From Squalus acanthias (taxonomy: Eukaryota): DNA of 64,000 nucleotides. Shown in pieces: positions 57,360 through 64,000 of the stretch. The stretch is from contig CM059432.1 of the NCBI GenBank assembly GCA_030390025.1, positions 25,112,001-25,176,000 of the forward strand. Reading direction: 5' to 3'. The translations under genes were made by a program, and so were the position numbers. The notes beneath the pieces are model-generated. The model worked only from the letters and a program-made list of their open reading frames with translations, made no database searches and was not told the origin of the DNA. Every line of letters starts with the position of its first letter. Position 1 is the stretch's first letter.

Positions 57360-59790
57360 ACATCAACTTGAATTTATTTGACATCTTTAATGTAAAAAAA
57401 ACTTTACAGAAGTGCAGTCAGACAAAAATGGTCAAGTGAAAGAAGGAGCTAATAGGAGGGGTGGCCAGAAGCTTGGTCAAAGAGATGGGCTTTATGAAGG
57501 ATCTTAAAGGAGAATACAAAGGTGGAGAGGTGGAGGAATTTAGGGAGGGAATTCCAGAGCATGGGGCTTAAACAGCTGAAGGCATGACTGTTAGTGGTGA
57601 GTGAAGAAAGTGGAATTCACAAGAAGCCAGAGCCATAGAAATGAAGAGTTTGGGTAGGTGGGCTGGGGTGGAGTTATATGGATAGATGAGGTTATAGAGA
57701 TAGGAAGGGGAGAGGCTATGAAGATATATAAACATGATATGGCATTGGGGGACTGGGAATCAACTTACATCTGCAAGTATAGAGGTGATAGTTGAGCAGG
57801 ACCTGATGTGGTACAGGATATGGCAGCAGAATTTGGATGAGCAGAAGTTTACAAAGTGTAGAGAATGGGAGACCAGTCAGGAGACCATTGAAATAATCGA
57901 GAGTCTAAAGATGACAAAGACCTGGATGAGGATTTCAGCGGTTGATGGGCTTGGGAAGGACGGAGGTGGGTGATCTTACAGATGTGGAAGTAGGCAGTCT
58001 TTGTGTTGGAGAGTTTATGGGGTCAGAAGCTCAGCTCAGGGACAAACAGGACACAGAGACTGTAAACATTCTGGTTCAGCTGAGACAATGACCAGAGTGG
58101 GGGATGGAATCGGTGGTGAAGATGATGCTTTTTGTCTTCCTAATGCTTAACTGGAGGACATTGTGGCTCATCCACAATTGGATATTGGACAAGCAGTCTG
58201 ACAATACAAAGGCAGTGAAGGGGCCGAGAGAGGTGGAGCTGTCAGCAGCATACATGTCCAAGCTGACCCCATGTCCTTGGATGAAGTAGGAAGAATGTAG
58301 ATGAGGATGAGGAGAGGACCAAGGATAGTTCCTTAGAGGACTTTAGAAGGAACAGTATGGGGTTGCAAAGAGAAGCCATTGCTGGAGATGCTCTGCCTAA
58401 AATTGGATAGGGAAGAGTGAAACCAAGAAAGAGTAATCCCACTGAACTGGAAGAAAAGTGTTGGAGGAGGATGGAGTGGTTGACTGTGTCAAAAGCTGCA
58501 GATGGGATGAAGAGGGAAAATGCACCATAATCATAGTCACAGAGGATGCCATTTGTGACTTTGGTTAGGGTCATTTTGGTTCTGTGGCAGAGGAGGAAAC
58601 TTGAGTGGTTCAATTCAAACATAGAGTTGTGGGAAAGATGGGCATGGATTTGGAAGGCGACAACACTTTCAAGAACTTTGGAAAGGAAAGAGAGGTTGGA
58701 GATATGGTGATAGTTTGCAAGAACAGGGTTGGAGGGGAGGTTAAAGGCAAATTTTTTGAGGAGGATGTGATGTCGCTGATTTTGAAAGGGAAGGGAACAG
58801 CACCTGAGGAGGCGGAACTATTTACAAAGTCGGATAGCATAGGATCCAGGAAGGGAATTTGGGTAGACAGCGGTTTAGTGGAAATAGGGTCAAGGGAGCA
58901 GGAGATGGGTCTCATGAACAAGATGAGCTTGGAGAGGACATGAGAGGAGATCAAAGATAAACTAGATAGACACAGATTCAGGGTGGGGTGAGCCTGGAGA
59001 GAGAGTTGCCTTGGGAAAGAGGAAGGGGGACACAGCAGAGGCTTCTCAATGGGTAGTCTCAAGTTTAATTACAAAAAAGTCCAGGAACTCCTCAAATTTG
59101 TTGTTGAAGGTGAAGGCGGAGGGTGCAGAATAGTGGAATGGAAAGAGATAGAAGGTACTGGTGAAAAGAAGTCAGGGGTTATATTTGCTCCAGGTTGATC
59201 CTGGGGTAGTGAGTGGCTTTGGCAGAGAGTGAGGTGAGATAGCTTGATGTGGTACAGCTAAATCTGGTAATGAATGGATAAACCAATTGTGTGTCATATA
59301 CTCTCAAGTCTGCACCCTCTTAGGCTTGAGGGAGTGAAGATGGGAGCTATACCAGAAGTATCAACCAGTATGGAAGATAAGAAAGTTTTTGCTGGGGACA
59401 AGCACATCAAAGGTGGATATGAAGGAGTAATTGAGCAGATTGACAGCTGTGCATGTGATGTGGCTAATGGATGGCCAAAGGCTATGCAGTTTGGATTTAG
59501 AAAGTACAATTATAAATGGCTTTGGGGAGATTTTTTCTAGGGAAGGACAAGTGGGGTTGGAAGAGGGTAGTGTGTAGTGAGGAATACTAGGAAATGGTCA
59601 GAGATATCCTTGTCTGTGATAGAAACCAGGGGAGTAGAGAGGCCATGGGAGATGGCAAGGTCAAATGTGTCCATGAATATTGATAGGAGAGTTTATATGG
59701 AGGGAGAGTTTTAGGGAGGATAGGTCAGTGAATTCAGAGGAGAGAGGGCAAGGAAAGCTGAAATGAAGATTGATAGCACTGAGGATAATA
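57360..59790 (-). mobile_element. Old L2 LINE, long degenerate copy
   Basis: SAAFDT, AAD and SCSLDPI remnants; colinear with 11853-13205. Confidence 0.8.
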
Positions 59791-61114
59791 ACATGACTGA
59801 CTGAGCAGTCTGGTTATTGTGAATACTGCACTTCTTTAAATGATCTTCCTCTACAGTACAAGTTGTTTGAGGGCACTTTATAATTTAGATCTTAATCAGC
59901 TTGCTAATGTCAGTTTGTTAAGTCATTAATTTGCCTGAATGAAGCCCTCTCCATATTGTTCAGAAAGGCTGTGAAGATGATTGATATGGAAAATTAACTG
60001 GCACACTGATGTGGATGGAAAGGTTATTCTATTGTTGTGAGCACCATTCATTAGAGGCTTTTATATTGCAGGCTGGGTCTTCAGCCTACGAACACCATTC
60101 TTCTTAATTTACTTTTAAATCAGGCCACTGAGATGTAATGGTGAATTTATGTCAAACATTAACAAGACCACAGTTGCAGTACTGTGTGCACTTTTGGGCT
60201 TCACACTATGGGGGCGATTTTAACCTTACCTGCCTGGTGGAAAACTGGCAGGTGGGCAGTTGAAATCGCCCAGGTTACCTACCCGCCTTGCAGCTGCTGG
60301 GAGTTGACCAGTTGGGATTCAGACCTGCCTACTGAGCAGGCGACAAGGATACCCACCCAAAGCTGACAGGGTCCTTTTTAACATATGCATGTCGGGTCCC
60401 AATAACATCATCTGGACCCTACTGCAATTTTAATTCGGCAGTCTGAGCGGGAAGCCGCAGTCAGTTTTCCGCCAGGAAAACCTAGCAAGGGAGAGGATTG
60501 GGGCAGAAGAGGCTCAAAAAAAGGTAACTTTTTAAAAATTTAGAGTATGGAAGTTAGAAAAAAAATCATAACTGGCACCCTCAACAACGCAGCACTTCCT
60601 CAGTATTGCACTGAATTGCCAGCCTAGACTATGTACTGAAATCTATAATGACACCTCAGCCAACCTCCTGCTGACTCCCAGGCAAGAGTGGCACCAATTG
60701 AACGAAACTGTCACAGTTTAAACTGGGGGCAGGTGCTAAGGCACATGAAAACATAGATCTTCCTGACCATTGATTTAACCAAAGCTGACCACTGTCTGTT
60801 GGTGTCCAAGGCTATATGAGCCAATGGCTGAAGATTAATGTAACAGTGCTTATTGTGGAGACGCAGTAGAAGGCGCTTTACTCTGTATCCAGCCCGTGCA
60901 ATGTTGATCTGGGAGTATTGCTGTTGACACTGGTTGGAAAACTGATCTATTCCCTGGTAATGACCTTCTTCACCTTGATGACACAAATATATAAATTAAA
61001 ACGGTTCACTATTAGAAAGCTGTACTATTTGCTTAGTGTATTCTTATAAGAAAGGGCCAGATGACCGTATCACTGCACAAGGGAGTGTCTTCAGGAAAGG
61101 AGAGGAGAAAACAA

Positions 61115-63262
61115 GAAGATATATATATAAATGGACTTTTAGAAGGAATTCGACAAGTGCCACACAGGAGGCTTGTTTTTAAGGGGAAAGTAGCGGTATG
61201 GATACAGAATTGGCTCAGTGACGGGAAGCAGAGGGTGATGGTGGATGGATGTTTTTCGGACTTGGAGGCGGTTTGCAGTGGTGTTGCCCAAGGGTCAATT
61301 TTGGGTCCATTACTCTTTGCAATTTTTATAAATGACCTAGACTCGGGTGTAGAGAGCAGCATTATAAAGTTTGCTGATGATGCTGAACTTGGCAACATAA
61401 TAGATAGCGATGAGGATAGTTTAAGACTTCAGGGTGACATAGACATGATGGTGAAATGGGCAGAAGCATGGCAAATGGAGTTCAATGCGGAGAAGTGTGA
61501 AATGGTGCACTTTGGGAGGACTAATATGGAAAGACAGTGGGCTAGAAATTCGTTATAGCCAAGGAATGGGCAATACTTAGACTAAAAATGGTGAATTAGC
61601 ACAAGGTGAAACTCATCTAGATGGCACGCAAAATTTGTCCTCACTCCTCATTAAAATGATATGAGCCATAAATCTAGTCTAAACACCCAAGCTCATTGGC
61701 GTTACACTGAAAAGATGGACCAATATCGGGTGTAGTCTAAACGCAAGTAATGATTGCCACTGGCTTTTTTCACTGCTTAAAGGGGAGGTTCATTGATGCT
61801 ACAGCACCTCATTCTCAGCATTGTTGGGTGTACAGCTGCCTCAACAACCATAAGAAGAAGGACAAAGAGAAGGAGCACTTATTTACAAATGCTGATGGCA
61901 GATCGCCGCCCCAGGGAGAGAGCCCTGGGGTTTTCTGAGGAAACTTTGGAGGCATTGGTTTTAACAGTGGAGAGAAGGCGGGCGGTCCTGTACCAACTGG
62001 CAGGAGGCCCTCACCACAAGTCTGCCGAACTATGTGGAGGGAGGGGGCACACCATATCACGGGCATCACTGTAGTTCCCAGGACCCACACCAGTGCAGGA
62101 ATAACTTTAACAAGCTCACACGGGTGGTCAGGGTGAGTGAAGGCTTCAACAAATGCTACATACCGCCACCTGTACCACAAGCTTCACACACTGCTCAATG
62201 TACCACACCCCCAGCACTCACCCACCAACAATCTCTACCTAGCAACACTCACACACACATCTCACACCTTGCACACAATGACAGCTATTCAACTATGGCA
62301 GGCACAAGGGTCATTAGTTATTAGAATTCATGTGATATGTGTGATATGTTTATGCACAAATCTATTAATAGAGTTTGGAATATTTTGTGGTATCTCTCAT
62401 TTCACCTTTGCACCCAGGAGGACTCTGTGATATGGCATGACACTTTGATGGTATGATGGGGATGTGGTGAGCAACAGGGATCTGGGGTTTCATTCATTCA
62501 AATCGGAGTCTGATGAGCTGGTCATGGACCGCCCGTCCAGAAGCCCAATTGTCTGGCTGCTTCCTCCCTTCCTCCTGTTCCTCGTCTACTTCCTCCTTGT
62601 CTTCTTCCTCTTCCCTCTGCACACATGTTTCTGTCTTTCTCATTGCCACCGCTCCCTCTGCCGTAGATCCTGGAGGGTGAGGTGGACTGCCAGTACAGCC
62701 CCCATGACTTTTAGCAAGTGTTGTAGGTTGAATCTTTCAAGAATAAATTTTGCACTTTTCTACTTGCCACAACACTCCTGATACCAAAGAACCTTCAAGT
62801 CACTAAATAAAACTTTTACAGTATCAGGAACTAAAACACAGGTGCTGAATCTTCACTAACGTGTCAGGTGTGAGTGATTGGGGCTGATTCCTTTAAATAA
62901 CATCCCTGAAGCCAGCTTCCTGGTGCTGCACGCCAGCTCTCCCTGTTGTTGTTAACTCCAGGCAGTGAGGTAAGTGGTGAGTAGCAATTTGGCAGATTGG
63001 GCGTTCAGTGAGCGTTGCACACTCACTGACGTCATGATCTCCCTGGTGTTGAAGTTCCCGGCGATCACTGTTACTGGCAGCGCTACAGGCGTCCCGACTT
63101 GCTGTGTGGCGCTGGATTCGACAGGAGCTGTTGTTACAGCTCTCAAAGCCGCATTAGCGCCATGTACTAGTGCTAACGGGTGGCGCTAAGGGGACAAATT
63201 TTCCCCCAGTATGCTATAAACGGCACAATTTTAGAAAGTGTAGATGAGCAGAGAGACCTGGG
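61115..63262 (+). mobile_element. Old CR1 RT fragment split by a Harbinger derivative
   Basis: QGSILGP, FADD and HFGRTNMERQ resume after 63207 as YAINGTILESVDEQRDLG. Confidence 0.88.
61539..63207. mobile_element. Internally deleted Harbinger (same family as 24804-30975)
   Basis: GGGCTAGAAATT...AATTTTCCCCC termini, AGT duplication, Myb exon 1 (61895-62132), fused transposase N- and C-ends (about 62495-62705, minus). Confidence 0.88.
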
Positions 63263-64000
63263 GGGCGATTTTGCCAGCCCTGAGGAGGCGGGTATGGAGG
63301 CGGGACTGCCGGGAAAATGGCAGAAACTGGGAGCGGGTACCGAACCTGCCACCAACCCGCCTCCGTGCCATCTTCCCAGGAGGCGAGTCCCCGACTCGCG
63401 CTGGGACCCATCTCCTCGAGGCGGGAAGGGGATTACAGCCACTTAACTACCTGTTAACAGGTAGTTAATAGGCAGTTAAGAGGATTGTCCCCATTTTTCC
63501 AACACAAGTGCGGGCTTCCCGATGTCAGGAAACCCCGCCAGGGTCAGCGAGGCTAGCAGTGGGTCTGCGGGGGTCAGAGGGTTTGAAAAGTGCGCTGTGG
63601 AGGTGAGTGATGGGTGCAAGTGTAGAGAGGTCAGTATGTGAGGTGAGCGAAAAGTCTTAGAAAAAGTTTCCTTACCTTTGTTTCTTCCTGCAGGCTTCAA
63701 TCGTTGGGGATCCGGAGGCTTCGGCATCTCCACAGCAGAGATGACAGAATGGCTGCTGCATTCTCCGAAGCAACAGCCATCTGATTTCTGCTCAGGAAAT
63801 AGGTTTGGTGAGTTTTGAGTACAAGGACTCATCAAACAACAGTGTTCTCAAAGCTGTCAAATGATGACAATTCATCTGTCAAACATTTTTGACAGATGAA
63901 ACGTCATACGCTGATGTTCTCTGCCACCGGCTTTCCCTTAATTGGTCTGCTAAACCCGCTGGGCGGACTTAACAAGGTCAATCAAGGGAAAATAGCGTGG
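63261..64000. mobile_element. Harbinger-type non-autonomous element, running off the window
   Basis: GGGGCGATTTT start interrupts the CR1; GC-rich arm similar in style to 33568-36443 and 60210-60480. Confidence 0.55.

Overview
Repeat-dominated eukaryotic DNA, most likely intronic or intergenic sequence from a cartilaginous fish (inferred from the repeat families). No host protein-coding gene can be named; the long ORFs are transposon-derived. The window holds several CR1 LINEs (one near-intact, with SGNH/GDSL-esterase ORF1 and APE-RT ORF2), a second CR1/L2-group LINE family with its partner SINE, L2, RTE and Tx1 fragments, DeuSINE/SacSINE1-like and LF-SINE-like SINEs, and two solo-LTR-like elements. 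It also holds a full-length decayed PIF/Harbinger transposon (DDE transposase plus a convergent spliced Myb/SANT gene) with deletion derivatives and MITEs, and three Penelope-type insertions carrying minimal hammerhead ribozyme cores. Most notable: (1) three divergent CR1 copies end ORF1 with an in-phase T TTA AAC slippery heptamer, with ORF2 continuing in the -1 frame without a conserved ATG (candidate programmed -1 frameshift); (2) minimal hammerheads in inverted, TSD-flanked Penelope-type inserts; (3) a Harbinger full-length/derivative/MITE series; (4) a 5'-inverted RTE. Family names come from recall of consensus features, not database searches, and boundaries of old repeats are approximate.
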